Position numbers and translations under genes: made by a program. From an uncultured Gammaproteobacteria bacterium (GTDB lineage Bacteria > Pseudomonadota > Gammaproteobacteria > Magnimaribacterales > D2472), in assembly GCA_964444385.1 (NCBI GenBank), contig CAYUHD010000003.1, positions 1 through 55,864 of the forward strand: a stretch of DNA of 55,864 nucleotides. Direction: 5' to 3'. Positions 17,080 to 28,031 of the stretch are shown in pieces. Position 1 is the first letter of the stretch, and each line of letters begins with the position of its first letter. The notes below the pieces were generated by a model, which ran no database searches, had not been told where the DNA came from, and was given only the letters and a program-made list of their open reading frames with translations.

Positions 17080-18575
17080 TGATTAAAAAATCAATGCGTA
17101 GCATATTATTTATCATTGCTTTATCTTTTTCTTTTGGAGCAATTAACCTTGTTGCTCAAAGTAATAGTGACGACCCTTCAGTTGGTGGAAGTTCAAAAAA
17201 AACGGGTAAGACTAGAACATACAAGAAGGCTAGAGTGCTTCAAAACTCTACAGCCAAGAAAATTGTAAAGGTTGTAGAAGCCCTTGAAAGGCAAAAAACT
17301 GTTGAAGTGCCTGATCCTGAAAATAAGGGCAAATTTATTAAAAAAGAAGAAGATGATCCTGATTGGGCAAGCGCAAAAAGGATATTAACTGAACTCCGAA
17401 ATAAAAGAGCAGAACTGAAAAGTTATGATCGTTCGGTTATGTGGAATTATTGGGGGTACATATATTTCAGCGATGAAAATTATGATCAGGCAATGTACGC
17501 ATATGAACAGCTTTTAAATGAGCCTGAGGCTACAGTGCCACTAAGAACAGCATCTTTGTTTACTCTTGCTCAATTAAATCTTGTCAAAGAAAATTGGGAC
17601 AAGGGTATTAATCTAATACTTCAATGGATGAATGAAGTAGAGAATATTACAGCTCAATCATATTATCTCCTTGCCTCAGCTTATTTCCAAAAAGGAGATT
17701 TCGTTAGAGCAAGAAGTAATATGGAAGAAGCCATTAGATTAGCCGAGGAAGAGGGCTATCGCCCAAGAGAAAATTGGTATGTTTTATTAGCAGCGTGCTT
17801 TAGCGAGCTTAAGGATAAAAAGATAATAGGGGAAGCCTATGCTCTTGAACAACAACTCAGCATCTATGAAATTTTAGTCAACTACTACCCTAAAAAAATA
17901 TATTTTCTTCAGCTAGGCGGAACATATCAGCAAATGGATAGAGAAGATGATTATTTGATCACATTAAAAGCTGCTTATGATAAAGATCTTCTTGATAAAG
18001 AGGGTGAGTATCTAGCTCTTGCCCAAATGCTTTTACTTAAGAAAAATCCATATTGGGCTGCACAAGTTTTGGTGGCTGGTCAACAGAAAAAAGTGACCAT
18101 CAAAGATGAAGACACTGGAGAAGAAGAGGTCGTTGCAGTTGTAAAGGAAAAAGAAAAAACTTTTAAGCTTTTAGCTGATGCCTGGAGAATGGCCCAAGAA
18201 ATTGATAAAGCTATTCCAGTTTTAGAAAAGGCAGCAAAAATGTCTAAAGATGGGGATACATACGTTTTATTAGGCAATCTATATCTTTTTGAAGATCGTA
18301 TTAAGGAGTCTATAAAAGCTATTGAAAATGCATTAAAAAAACCTAAGTTAAAAAGCCGTTCTCAAGCTTTGCTTGTTCTAGGACAGGGTCATTTTGAGCT
18401 CCAAAATTTTGAAGAAGCCAAGAAACATTTTAGAGCAGCAGCTCGCGATAAAAACAAAAGAATTAAAAAGACAGCAAACTCTTGGATTAAATATGCTGAA
18501 AATGAAGAAATTAGAGTTAAGAACCTAGCCCTTAGAAGAGATTTTATTCAGCAATCTAAATCAAAGAGTTCCTAA
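17079..18575 (+). CDS. Tetratricopeptide-repeat protein with signal peptide (TtpD-like last gene of TonB2-type clusters)
   Basis: Signal peptide and multiple TPR-like helical repeats (for example YYLLASAYFQKGDFVRARSNMEEAIRL). It shares a TAATG overlap with tonB. Confidence 0.65.
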   Translation: MIKKSMRSILFIIALSFSFGAINLVAQSNSDDPSVGGSSKKTGKTRTYKKARVLQNSTAKKIVKVVEALERQKTVEVPDPENKGKFIKKEEDDPDWASAKRILTELRNKRAELKSYDRSVMWNYWGYIYFSDENYDQAMYAYEQLLNEPEATVPLRTASLFTLAQLNLVKENWDKGINLILQWMNEVENITAQSYYLLASAYFQKGDFVRARSNMEEAIRLAEEEGYRPRENWYVLLAACFSELKDKKIIGEAYALEQQLSIYEILVNYYPKKIYFLQLGGTYQQMDREDDYLITLKAAYDKDLLDKEGEYLALAQMLLLKKNPYWAAQVLVAGQQKKVTIKDEDTGEEEVVAVVKEKEKTFKLLADAWRMAQEIDKAIPVLEKAAKMSKDGDTYVLLGNLYLFEDRIKESIKAIENALKKPKLKSRSQALLVLGQGHFELQNFEEAKKHFRAAARDKNKRIKKTANSWIKYAENEEIRVKNLALRRDFIQQSKSKSS

Positions 18576-19075
18576 TTCTTAATATAGGTCTCAACCCTAA
18601 AATCATATTCATTCTCAATATCTTGCTGGTAAGATTCAGTTGAGATTTTTTTCCAATTGCTAAAATCTATTTTTGGATAAAATATATCTCCATCAATCGC
18701 ACAATCTACTCTTGTTAAAACTAATTTGTTGACTATGTTTTGACTTTCTTCAAAGACATAACCGCCTCCGATTAAAACAACTTCTTCGTTTTGTGTATTT
18801 TTTTTATTCCATTTGCTTGCAGTTTTAATTCCTAGGTCTAGATTTTCTACAACTTCAATTCCATCTTGAGAGTTTAATGTAGATGAGATAACAATATTTT
18901 TTCTATTAGGAAGAGGCCTTCCAATTGATTCAAATGTTTTCCTTCCCATTACAATGGCTTTGCTTTGAGTATAAGCTCTGAAATGTTGAAGATCTCTTTT
19001 AAGTTTCCATGGAAGATCGTTATTAACACCTATCACGAAATTATTTGAGATGGCAACCAAATGGGAAATAATCAT
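18572..19075 (-). CDS. folA: Dihydrofolate reductase
   Basis: VIGVNNDLPW, VMGRKTFESIGRPLPNR and LIGGG motifs. Length is 167 aa. Confidence 0.93.
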   Translation of the reverse strand: MIISHLVAISNNFVIGVNNDLPWKLKRDLQHFRAYTQSKAIVMGRKTFESIGRPLPNRKNIVISSTLNSQDGIEVVENLDLGIKTASKWNKKNTQNEEVVLIGGGYVFEESQNIVNKLVLTRVDCAIDGDIFYPKIDFSNWKKISTESYQQDIENEYDFRVETYIKN

Positions 19076-19082
19076 AAAAAAT

Positions 19083-19949
19083 CTATATTGCCATTGGCGC
19101 TTTTAAGGCTGGGTAAGATTCATATCCATCCAATCTAAAATCATCAACAGAATAATCATTCAGAGTTTCTATTGATTCTATGTTAGGCATAATTAACTTA
19201 GGAAGTTTTTTAGGTGTTCTGGTAAGTTGCTCCTGAACTTGATCAATGCTGTTTTTGTATATGTGAGCATCTCCAAATGTGTGAACGAAATCTCCTGGAA
19301 TGAGGTTTAAGATATTAGCCAGAATTGATTGGAGCAATGCATAGCTTGCAATATTAAATGGTACCCCCAAAAACATATCCGCACTTCTTTGGTACATTTG
19401 GCAAGAAAGTCGACCATTTTCTGAGACATAGAATTGAGCCATGACATGGCATGGAGGCAATGCCATTGAATCTATTTTTTCAACATTCCATGCGCTTAAT
19501 ATGTGCCTTCTTCCACTAGGGTTAGATTCTAGATCATTGATAAGTTTTTTTATCTGATCTACTCCCTTCCAATTTCTCCACTGCACGCCGTAAATTGGGC
19601 CAAGTTTTTTTGTTGTCTTAGTATTTTCATACCCCAATTCAACACCTTGATTATCTGCATTATCTGTCCAAATAGTTGAGAATTTGGTTAAATCGGTTAG
19701 CTCAGCCCTATCTTTTTGGAATCTAATTTCAGCAAGCCTGCGTTCATCATCTGAGCCCTCTAGAAACCATAAGAGCTCAGATACAACACCTTTCCAAGCA
19801 AGTAATTTGGTTGTAACTGCAGGAAATCCATCTTCAAGGCTAAAACGAATTTGATGACCAAAAGATGAGATAACACCTGTTCCAGTTCTATCCTCACGAT
19901 TCTCACCATGTTTTAGAATATAGTCTAAAAGCTCAAGATATTGCTTCAT
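19083..19949 (-). CDS. thyA: Thymidylate synthase (ThyA type)
   Basis: MKQYLELL..RTGTG N-terminus, the active-site LPPCH motif, and DMFLGVPFNIASYALL. Confidence 0.96.
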   Translation of the reverse strand: MKQYLELLDYILKHGENREDRTGTGVISSFGHQIRFSLEDGFPAVTTKLLAWKGVVSELLWFLEGSDDERRLAEIRFQKDRAELTDLTKFSTIWTDNADNQGVELGYENTKTTKKLGPIYGVQWRNWKGVDQIKKLINDLESNPSGRRHILSAWNVEKIDSMALPPCHVMAQFYVSENGRLSCQMYQRSADMFLGVPFNIASYALLQSILANILNLIPGDFVHTFGDAHIYKNSIDQVQEQLTRTPKKLPKLIMPNIESIETLNDYSVDDFRLDGYESYPALKAPMAI

Positions 19950-20739
19950 TCTTTCTCAATGATTTTGTAAGTAGTATGAGTCCAATTATAACCATGGGGA
20001 TGCTAAGAAGTTGGCCCATACTTAATTGTAATGCAACAAAACCCATGTGAGAATCGGGCTGTCTAAAGTATTCAATAAAAAATCTTATTAGTCCGTAAGC
20101 CATTAAGAAACTTCCACTTATAATTCCCTGCTTATTATTTTTTGTGCCAATAAACATTAGTAAAATAAAGAGAAAAAAGCCTTCAAAAAATGCTTCATAA
20201 AGTTGAGAAGGGTGCCTTGTAAGCCCATATGGGTCTGTTGGGAAAATAAATCCCCAGGTTCCATCTGTTGGCCTGCCAAACAATTCTCCATTCATAAAGT
20301 TTCCAATTCTAACCAAACCAAGACCTATTGGCATTGCAGCACAGATTGAATCTGAAAGTCTTAAAAATGAAATTCCATGTTTATAAGAGTAGATATACAA
20401 ACTAACAATTACTCCCATCAAACCACCATGAAAGCTTAAGCCACCCTCCCATATAAAAAATAAACTCAATGGATTAGATGCTAGTTGATCTAGACCATAA
20501 AAAAACATGTAACCAACTCTGCCTCCAAGCATGGCTCCAAAGATTAGCCCATATAAAAAAACAAGGTCATTTACTTGTTCGGTGGTTAATTTTAATTTGC
20601 TAATAATGCGATGATTTTTTAGGTATTGGAAAATTAGGATGGCTGATAATACCCAAGTAACAGCATAATACTGGATCCTTAACCAACCAAATTGTATTAA
20701 ACTCGGGTTATTAAAAAAGTCTGGTAGCTCAATTATCAA
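19933..20739 (-). CDS. lgt: Phosphatidylglycerol--prolipoprotein diacylglyceryl transferase
   Basis: Polytopic membrane protein with GGLSFHGGLMG and HPSQLYEAFFEG signatures. It lies upstream of thyA as in E. coli. Confidence 0.93.
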   Translation of the reverse strand: MIIELPDFFNNPSLIQFGWLRIQYYAVTWVLSAILIFQYLKNHRIISKLKLTTEQVNDLVFLYGLIFGAMLGGRVGYMFFYGLDQLASNPLSLFFIWEGGLSFHGGLMGVIVSLYIYSYKHGISFLRLSDSICAAMPIGLGLVRIGNFMNGELFGRPTDGTWGFIFPTDPYGLTRHPSQLYEAFFEGFFLFILLMFIGTKNNKQGIISGSFLMAYGLIRFFIEYFRQPDSHMGFVALQLSMGQLLSIPMVIIGLILLTKSLRKNEAIS

Positions 20740-21539
20740 TTTGTTACCACCAAAATCCCAACAATAATTAAAAATATGCCGAAGGAAATTTTAAGAGCCT
20801 GTTCAGAAATAGAATGACTAATATTAGCTCCAAGTTTTGCTGTGAATATGCTCGCTAATGATATACATAAAACAGCTGGCCAAAAAACATACCCGAAAGC
20901 GCCTGTTGGAAGGTTTGCATCTGTTTGCCCATAGTACATATATCCAATTGCTCCTGCTGCGGCTATTGGGACTCCACACGCTGCCGCAGTTCCAATACCT
21001 TTTCGAATATTATAGCCTCCGGCAATCATCAGGGGAGTTGTAAATGAACCGCCTCCAATACCAATAATAGAGGACAAAAATCCAATCCAAGAACCGTGAA
21101 TGGGGATAAGAAACTTAGATAGGGAAATAAACCCTTTACCTTTATTTGCTAGAGTTTGTGTAAATCCAGTAATCATTTCCATCCCAACAACCATAAGAAA
21201 AATTGTAATAATCAACTTTAAATTTTCGCTTGAAAGTGTCGCGGCATATCCAGCTCCAACAATAGCACCCAAAATCATGCCTGCAGAAAGAGGGATGACT
21301 AATGGCCACTCTACGCTTCTTTTGTTGTGATGAGATAGAGCTGAAGAAATAGCAGAAAAAAATATGCTTGCCAGTGATGTCCCTACAGCCAGAAGCACTA
21401 TTATTGAACCCTCAAAACCCATCCCATAAAAAATAAAAATTAACCCTGGAACCAAGATACTTCCTCCACCAATACCAAACATACCAGCTAACAGACCTGT
21501 ACATACACCAAGCAAAAGATAGATTAAAATTTCAAGCAT
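20736..21539 (-). CDS. TauE/SafE family sulfite-type anion exporter (DUF81, YfcA-like)
   Basis: A 267-aa glycine-rich polytopic membrane protein with duplicated GIGGGS segments typical of TauE/SafE. Confidence 0.7.
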   Translation of the reverse strand: MLEILIYLLLGVCTGLLAGMFGIGGGSILVPGLIFIFYGMGFEGSIIVLLAVGTSLASIFFSAISSALSHHNKRSVEWPLVIPLSAGMILGAIVGAGYAATLSSENLKLIITIFLMVVGMEMITGFTQTLANKGKGFISLSKFLIPIHGSWIGFLSSIIGIGGGSFTTPLMIAGGYNIRKGIGTAAACGVPIAAAGAIGYMYYGQTDANLPTGAFGYVFWPAVLCISLASIFTAKLGANISHSISEQALKISFGIFLIIVGILVVTN

Positions 21540-22014
21540 TGTATATATGGATATATTTTGGAAGAAACTCAGTTAAGACACTTCTATAGACATCGCGTTT
21601 AAATGGAACAACGCAAGCTAATGAATGCCAATAGGTGACCCATTTGTAATCTACAAATTCTTGTGGAATTTCATTTAAGAGATTAATTTCTAGATTTGTA
21701 TTTGCTTTAAGCATGTACCATTTTTGAATTTGGCCTTTAAAGCTTTTTAAACTTTCGGGTCTTGGTTGATACTTCTTAGGTAGGTCATAGTGATACCAAT
21801 GTTTGCTTTTTGCGATCATTGTCACTTGATTTTTTTTAATGCCAACCTCTTCATATAGTTCTCGGTATGCAGCCTTGAGATGAAGCTCACCCCCATCTAT
21901 GCCCCCTTGAGGAAATTGCCAAGTTTTTTTTCCTCTTCTCCTACAAACTAATAACTGATTATTTTTATCCAATACGATTAAGCCAACATTTTTTCTGTAA
22001 GATTTATCATTCAT
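21532..22014 (-). CDS. rppH: RNA pyrophosphohydrolase RppH (Nudix)
   Basis: YRKNVGLIVL N-terminus and Nudix box GGIDGGELHLKAAYRELYEEVGI. Length is 160 aa. Confidence 0.88.
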   Translation of the reverse strand: MNDKSYRKNVGLIVLDKNNQLLVCRRRGKKTWQFPQGGIDGGELHLKAAYRELYEEVGIKKNQVTMIAKSKHWYHYDLPKKYQPRPESLKSFKGQIQKWYMLKANTNLEINLLNEIPQEFVDYKWVTYWHSLACVVPFKRDVYRSVLTEFLPKYIHIYNA

Positions 22015-22030
22015 GTTAGATTAACTCCAT

Positions 22031-22699
22031 ATGACCAAGCCAGATTTAGCAATTTTTGATCTAGATAATACCATTCTAAACGGCGATTCAGATTTTTCGA
22101 TGATTAATTACTTAGTAAATACTAATATCTTAGATAAAAAAGCCAAGTTAAAGAATGACCAATCTCTTAAAGATTATCAGCAGGGGAAATTAGACTTTGC
22201 TCAATATACTAATTTTGCATTACAAGCATACGCAGGGAAAAGGATCGATGAAATCAATGAAATAATTTTTCCATATGTTGAAAAAATTATTGAGCCAATG
22301 ATTAATATTTTTGCCCTTAAACTTATACACGATCATTATGAAGAGGGAGACGATATATTGCTTGCCAGTGCAACTAACGAGTTAATAGTTCGACCAATAG
22401 CAAAAAGATTGGAAATTAAGAACGTTATCGCTACCAAGGCTGAATTTAAAAATAACAAATGCACGGGCAAGTTTATCCCACCACTTGCTCTAGGGGTAGG
22501 CAAATTAAAGCTTGTGGAGGGGTGGATGAAAGAAAATCAATACAATGATTTCTCAGGAGTTACTTTTTATTCAGACTCTATTAATGACCTGCCTTTAATG
22601 GAAATTGTTGAATTTCCAAAGGCTGTTAATCCAGATGCAAAGCTTGGAGTTATCTCAAAGGATAGAGGATGGGAAGTAATTAACCTGCCAATAATTTAA
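22031..22699 (+). CDS. HAD-superfamily subfamily IB hydrolase (SerB-like phosphatase)
   Basis: Motif I FDLDNTIL, motif II SATNE, and motif [12 protein letters not shown]. Confidence 0.75.
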   Translation: MTKPDLAIFDLDNTILNGDSDFSMINYLVNTNILDKKAKLKNDQSLKDYQQGKLDFAQYTNFALQAYAGKRIDEINEIIFPYVEKIIEPMINIFALKLIHDHYEEGDDILLASATNELIVRPIAKRLEIKNVIATKAEFKNNKCTGKFIPPLALGVGKLKLVEGWMKENQYNDFSGVTFYSDSINDLPLMEIVEFPKAVNPDAKLGVISKDRGWEVINLPII

Positions 22700-25545
22700 T
22701 TTTCTTCTTGGAAATCTGTCATAGAGGGGCAAGTACACATAAGATTCTTGTCACCGAAAACATTATCAACTCTTCCTATAGGCGGCCAGTATTTATTTCT
22801 TCCATTAAGCCCTCCAGGGTAGGCTGCTAAAGAGCGTGGATATTTATATTTCCATTCATTACTAGTTACTTCTTGAGCGCAATGTGGAGCATTTCTTAGT
22901 GGGCTATCTTCAATAGAATAAGCTCCACTTTCTACTTGGCCAATCTCTTTACGAATGCTAATCATAGCTTCAATGAATCTGTCTAACTCAGCCAATGACT
23001 CACTTTCAGTTGGTTCAATCATCAAGGTTCCAGGAACAGGAAATGACATAGTAGGCGCATGAAATCCAAAATCTATTAATCGTTTAGCAATATCATCAAC
23101 TTCCACCCTACATAACTCTTTTAAAGGTCTGATATCTAAAATGCATTCGTGCGCAATTAACCCATTTTTACCTGTATATAAGACTTTGTAGTGTGGGCTC
23201 AACTTTTGAGCAATATAATTTGCACTAAGAATTGCTACCTGTGTAGCTTTTCTTAGGCCTGATGCTCCCATCATTTGAATATACATCCAGCTTATTGGAA
23301 GAATTGAAGCGCTGCCAAAGTTTGTTGCTGAGACTGGCCCAACGTTCTCAGAGGAAGGTTCATAAGCTAATGGGTCAGATGGTAAATAAGGCATCAAATC
23401 TTTTACTACCCCGATTGGACCGACACCTGGTCCACCGCCTCCATGGGGAATGCAGAATGTTTTATGCAGATTGAGATGAGATACATCTCCCCCAAACTCA
23501 CCTGGTTTACATAAACCAACCATCGCATTGAGATTTGCACCATCGATATAAACTTTTCCACCATGCTCATGAATCATCTCGCACACTTCGGTTACTGTGG
23601 TTTCGAAAACCCCATGTGTGGAAGGGTAAGTAATCATGATTGCAGCTAGTTCTGAAGAATATTTTGTTGCTTTTTCACGCAGATCATCAAGATCAATGTT
23701 GCCCTTTTTATCACAGCTTATTGGTACCACTTTCATGCCTGCCATTTGAGCAGAGGCGGGATTTGTTCCATGTGCTGACTCAGGGATTAAGCATATTTTT
23801 CTTTGATGATCTCCATTACTTCTATGAAAGGCGTCAATCGCTAGCAAGCCTGAGTATTCTCCTTGAGAGCCTGCATTTGGTTGCAATGATACAGCTGAAT
23901 ACCCAGTAATTTCTGATAGCCTAGATTCTAAATCGTCAATTAAAATTTTATATCCAGAAATTTGATCATTTGGAGTATAAGGGTGGATATTTGAAAACTC
24001 CTCCCAACCAATGGGGATCATTTCCGAAGTAGCATTTAATTTCATCGTGCATGAACCCAAAGGAATCATCGCTCTATCCAATGCAATATCTTTATCACAA
24101 AGCTTCCTAATGTACCTCAGCATTTCTGTTTCGGTTTGATACATGTGAAATACTGGATGGGTTAGGTATTTAGATGATCTGAGAAGACTTGTTGGTAAGT
24201 CACAGTTAGAAATAACTTTTTCTTTCTTGGTAGAGCCTTTAAAAAGTTTTATTAAGTTTTTTATTTCTTTGTCCGTCGCAGTTTCATCCAATGAAATGCT
24301 GATGTGATTTTCATCTAGCATCCTGATATTCATAAGTTGATTTTCAGCAGATGAAATAATCTCTTTAGTCTCAGATCCAGTATGGATTGTGAGAGTATCA
24401 AAAAAATTACAAGATTGAAGCTTATAACCAAGCACATTGATTTCTTTTGCTAAAGATACAGCTTTTGAATGAACTGATTGAGCGATCTGTTTTAAACCTG
24501 CTGGACCATGGTATGTAGCGTAAAATCCAGCCATGATTGCAAGCAGAGCTTGAGATGTACATATGTTGCTTGTTGCTTTCTCTCTTCTAATATGTTGCTC
24601 TCTTGTTTGCAGGGCCAATCTATAGGCTGTTCTTCCGTGCTGATCAATCGATGCTCCCACTAATCTGCCCGGCAAAGATCTTTTATATTTTTCCTTAGTA
24701 GCCATAAATGCAGCATGCGGACCACCAAAACCAAGAGGTACACCAAACCTTTGTGAGTTTCCTATTGCTATGTCTGCTCCCATTTCACCTGGGCTCTTCA
24801 ATATGGTCAGTGCCAATAAATCTGTAGCCATTATTACCAAGCCTTTTTGTCCATGAATATTTGCAATTTCTTGAGAGAAATCAACTATCGCGCCATTATT
24901 GCCTGGATACTGGAGCAATGCTCCAAAATATGTATCTTCTTTTAAGTTAGCTATCAATTGAAGATCCCCAACGACAACCTCAATGCCAATTGGTTTTGCT
25001 CTAGCCGTGACTACAGCAATTGTTTGAGGAAAACAGTTTTGATCTATAAAAAACTTTTGTGATTTACTTTTTCCAACCCTGGATGCAAGAGTCATAGCTT
25101 CTGCTGCTGCTGTGGATTCATCTAGCAGTGATGCATTAGCAATCTCAAATCCCGTCAGGTCCCCGACCATAGTTTGAAAATTTATGAGCGCCTCCAATCT
25201 TCCCTGTGAGATTTCAGATTGATAAGGGGTATAAGAGGTATACCATCCCGGGTTTTCAAAAACATTTCTTAAAATGACCTTGGGTGTAAATGTTCCATAG
25301 TAACCTTGGCCAATAAAAGACCTAGAAACGATATTTTTTTTAGATATTTCCTTTAATGTTTGTAAGGCTTCTTCTTCAGTCATAGCCTTATTAAGTGCAA
25401 GTTTTTTATCAATCAAGATTTTTTCAGGGAGCACAGATTTTGAGAACTCCTCCAAATCTTTATATCCGAGCTGACTTAATAGATTGTCAATGTCTGTCTG
25501 ACTTAAGCCAATATGCCTTAATGCAAATTTATTAAAATTATCCAT
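22696..25545 (-). CDS. gcvP: Glycine dehydrogenase (decarboxylating), glycine cleavage P protein
   Basis: A 949-aa single-chain P protein with the [22 protein letters not shown]-lysine region. Confidence 0.97.
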   Translation of the reverse strand: MDNFNKFALRHIGLSQTDIDNLLSQLGYKDLEEFSKSVLPEKILIDKKLALNKAMTEEEALQTLKEISKKNIVSRSFIGQGYYGTFTPKVILRNVFENPGWYTSYTPYQSEISQGRLEALINFQTMVGDLTGFEIANASLLDESTAAAEAMTLASRVGKSKSQKFFIDQNCFPQTIAVVTARAKPIGIEVVVGDLQLIANLKEDTYFGALLQYPGNNGAIVDFSQEIANIHGQKGLVIMATDLLALTILKSPGEMGADIAIGNSQRFGVPLGFGGPHAAFMATKEKYKRSLPGRLVGASIDQHGRTAYRLALQTREQHIRREKATSNICTSQALLAIMAGFYATYHGPAGLKQIAQSVHSKAVSLAKEINVLGYKLQSCNFFDTLTIHTGSETKEIISSAENQLMNIRMLDENHISISLDETATDKEIKNLIKLFKGSTKKEKVISNCDLPTSLLRSSKYLTHPVFHMYQTETEMLRYIRKLCDKDIALDRAMIPLGSCTMKLNATSEMIPIGWEEFSNIHPYTPNDQISGYKILIDDLESRLSEITGYSAVSLQPNAGSQGEYSGLLAIDAFHRSNGDHQRKICLIPESAHGTNPASAQMAGMKVVPISCDKKGNIDLDDLREKATKYSSELAAIMITYPSTHGVFETTVTEVCEMIHEHGGKVYIDGANLNAMVGLCKPGEFGGDVSHLNLHKTFCIPHGGGGPGVGPIGVVKDLMPYLPSDPLAYEPSSENVGPVSATNFGSASILPISWMYIQMMGASGLRKATQVAILSANYIAQKLSPHYKVLYTGKNGLIAHECILDIRPLKELCRVEVDDIAKRLIDFGFHAPTMSFPVPGTLMIEPTESESLAELDRFIEAMISIRKEIGQVESGAYSIEDSPLRNAPHCAQEVTSNEWKYKYPRSLAAYPGGLNGRNKYWPPIGRVDNVFGDKNLMCTCPSMTDFQEEN

Positions 25546-25605
25546 AAGTATTTTTTAAATATAAAGGGTCCTAAGCCCTAAACATATTTTTGCCTGGATT
25601 AATAT

Positions 25606-25992
25606 TTAGTCTTCACAGACATTGTTATAATCTTCAGGAGAAAGCAAATTATCTAGCTCATCCATATCCGAGGGGTTTAATTTATAGAACCATCCCTCTT
25701 CATATGGAGAAGAATTTATTATTTCGGGCTGATTCTCAAGAAGTGAATTTATTTCTATGACTTCTCCTGAAAGAGGAGAATAAATATCTGAGGCAGCTTT
25801 GACTGATTCAACTATAGCAGCATCACTTTCTGCATCTACTGATTGGCCCACTTCGGGCAATTCAACAAAGACAATATCTCCCAAAAGATCTTGTGCATGA
25901 TCGCTTATGCCTATAGTAACAGTGCCGTCAGACTCTACTCTTGTCCATTCGTGAGAAGAAAGAAATTTTAAATCACCCGGTATATCATTCAT
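25606..25992 (-). CDS. gcvH: Glycine cleavage system H protein
   Basis: A 128-aa protein with the lipoyl-lysine context [13 protein letters not shown]. Confidence 0.95.
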   Translation of the reverse strand: MNDIPGDLKFLSSHEWTRVESDGTVTIGISDHAQDLLGDIVFVELPEVGQSVDAESDAAIVESVKAASDIYSPLSGEVIEINSLLENQPEIINSSPYEEGWFYKLNPSDMDELDNLLSPEDYNNVCED

Positions 25993-27056
25993 GGTCGAAT
26001 TTTACCTTGTCTAAGGAATCTAGGCGACACAAAATCTATATTTAATTCCTTATTTCTTATCATTACCTTCCCATTTTCTTGATAGCCCTGATCAACCCTT
26101 GCAAGACCAATACTGGATTGAAGTGTTGGGGAATATGAGCCGCTTAAAACTATACCGTTTCCTTGTCCATGAGTTATTTCATAGCCGGCCCTTAGGACCC
26201 CTTTATCTCGCAAAATAATTCCAACTATTTTTTTTGATTCGCTTTGATCAATTGATAAGAGCGCATCTTTGCCAATGAACTGACGATTTTCATTACTCAT
26301 ATCAATTGTCCATCCTAAGTTTGATTCATATGGATGGTTATCAATTGTCATATCATTGCCATATAGATTTAGGCCCGCCTCTAGTCTTAAAGTATTTCTA
26401 GCCCCCAAGCCAATGGGCGTGCAATCAAGCTTAAGCGCTTTATCCCAAAGATTTTTAATATCTGAATTTGGGACAATTAACTCAAGACCATCTTCACCAG
26501 TGTATCCAGTTCTTGCAAATAATTTCTCGCCATCAAAAATACAGCCAAACGATTGAAGCTTATTTACTTGATGGTCGATCTCGCTTATCGCTAATATCTT
26601 ATTCAGCGCATCAGGCCCTTGAATGGCCAGGATACCCATATCAGACCTTTCAATTACCTCTACACCAAATTCTACCGCATGCTTTTTGTACCAATCTCGA
26701 TTTTGCTCACGCGTTGAACAGTTCGAGACTAGTCTAAATTTACTGTTTGCATGATAGATAATGAGGTCATCTAAAATGCCACCCTCTTCATTAAGCAAAG
26801 CACCATAAATGGCTTTATTGTTTTGAGAGATTTTTTTAATGTCATTTGCAAAAATCTTTTCAAAAAATGCAACTTGATTACCACCCAAAAAATCAAATAC
26901 TGCCATGTGAGATACATCAAAAATCCCAGCAGCATTCCTAACAGCATTATGTTCTTCGATGAAAGATGTGTAGCTAATCGGCATTTCCCAATTAGAAAAG
27001 TTGATCATTTTTGCCCCTAATTCTATATGGGATTCATGCAGGGCGGTTTTATTCAT
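25989..27056 (-). CDS. gcvT: Aminomethyltransferase, glycine cleavage T protein
   Basis: N-terminal [24 protein letters not shown], and [10 protein letters not shown] motifs. Confidence 0.95.
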   Translation of the reverse strand: MNKTALHESHIELGAKMINFSNWEMPISYTSFIEEHNAVRNAAGIFDVSHMAVFDFLGGNQVAFFEKIFANDIKKISQNNKAIYGALLNEEGGILDDLIIYHANSKFRLVSNCSTREQNRDWYKKHAVEFGVEVIERSDMGILAIQGPDALNKILAISEIDHQVNKLQSFGCIFDGEKLFARTGYTGEDGLELIVPNSDIKNLWDKALKLDCTPIGLGARNTLRLEAGLNLYGNDMTIDNHPYESNLGWTIDMSNENRQFIGKDALLSIDQSESKKIVGIILRDKGVLRAGYEITHGQGNGIVLSGSYSPTLQSSIGLARVDQGYQENGKVMIRNKELNIDFVSPRFLRQGKIRP

Positions 27057-27148
27057 TACTCAAAGGAATTGTTTTTGGAACAAGAATTATAACAATATTT
27101 TACTCATCAATATTTAGATTAACTTTGAACTTTCTTTGTGTTAACCTA

Positions 27149-27167
27149 AATGAGAATCATTCTCATT
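27149..27167. promoter_or_regulatory. Fur box candidate (perfect 9-1-9 palindrome AATGAGAAT-C-ATTCTCATT)
   Basis: The core TGAGAATCATTCTCA (27151-27165) matches the 7-1-7 Fur consensus TGATAATnATTATCA at 12 of 14 positions. It sits 22 bp upstream of the FTR1 permease ATG and overlaps a possible -10 region. Confidence 0.6.
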
Positions 27168-27188
27168 AAATTAAAAATAAGAAAAAAA

Positions 27189-28031
27189 ATGGCTGAATTT
27201 ATAATTGTCTTTAGGGAAGTATTAGAAGCTTCTTTGGTTGTGGGGATAATTTATTTACTTATAGAAAAAACTAATCAAGCCGCCCATTTTACGAAGCTAT
27301 GGTATGGTGTTTTTGCTTCAATCTTAGCAAGTATTTTGGTTGGGTTCTTGGTTATACAAGCTAAAAATGCGTTAGGGAATAACTCCACACAAGCATTATT
27401 TGAAGCAGTCTTTTTATATTTAACCGCATTTTTAATATGGTATGTAATTTTTTGGTTGTCCAAAAATGTTAGCGATAAAGAGGTATTAGAAGGCCAGGCT
27501 CTTAATGCCATGGAAATATCTTCATGGGGGATATTTTTTGTGGTATTTTTTGCAATTTTGCGTGAGGGTTTTGAGACAGCAATTTTCTTAATTTCTAGCT
27601 TTTCAATCACAGGGACTTTCTCATATATTGGATTTTTTGCCGGCGCAGTTCTGGCAATTTTAATTGGGTATTTAATTGTTAGCCAAGGTAGAAAAATTAA
27701 TTTACAAAGTATATTTAAATACACAACCCTTTTACTAGTTTTTCTTTCCGCTGGCATGATTGCCTATGGAACTCACGAAGCAGAAGAGTATTTAGTGAAA
27801 TCAGAGCAAATGGATAAATCTGAGATATATAGAGTTTGGGATATTTTAGAAACAACGAAATCTCCGGAGACCGGAAAAACACTTTACCATCCATTTCATG
27901 ATAAGGGTTCAATAGGATCATTTTTAAAAGGATTTTTCGGGTACAACAGCAACCCAAATACTCTAGAGGTTATCTTGTGGTTTTTCGCGATGTTGTTTGG
28001 TTTAAATATGTGGAGACGTTTTTATCTCTAG
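27189..28031 (+). CDS. FTR1/EfeU family high-affinity iron permease
   Basis: Polytopic membrane protein with two REXXE-type motifs (REVLEA near the N-terminus, REGFET in the fourth TM region). ATG at 27189 is preferred over 27150, because the latter lies inside the Fur palindrome. Confidence 0.8.
   Translation: MAEFIIVFREVLEASLVVGIIYLLIEKTNQAAHFTKLWYGVFASILASILVGFLVIQAKNALGNNSTQALFEAVFLYLTAFLIWYVIFWLSKNVSDKEVLEGQALNAMEISSWGIFFVVFFAILREGFETAIFLISSFSITGTFSYIGFFAGAVLAILIGYLIVSQGRKINLQSIFKYTTLLLVFLSAGMIAYGTHEAEEYLVKSEQMDKSEIYRVWDILETTKSPETGKTLYHPFHDKGSIGSFLKGFFGYNSNPNTLEVILWFFAMLFGLNMWRRFYL

Noticed and set aside
27057-27148. Possible glycine riboswitch in the gcvT leader, since gcvT operons often carry one.
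   Set aside because: The 5' leader on the minus strand is extremely AT-rich. It lacks the GC-rich GGAGAG...CACCG-type aptamer cores, and I could not draw any tandem stem-loop architecture. The only strong structure nearby is the Fur-type palindrome belonging to the divergent permease gene. An Rfam glycine-riboswitch covariance-model scan would confirm the absence.
27275-27757. 160-aa antisense ORF inside the FTR1 gene, and similar long antisense ORFs at 16455-16790, 43899-44300, 39458-39728 and 23262-23909.
   Set aside because: All lie entirely within well-supported genes on the opposite strand. They have low-complexity or basic, skewed composition and no recognisable motifs. They are typical shadow ORFs of AT-rich coding sequence.
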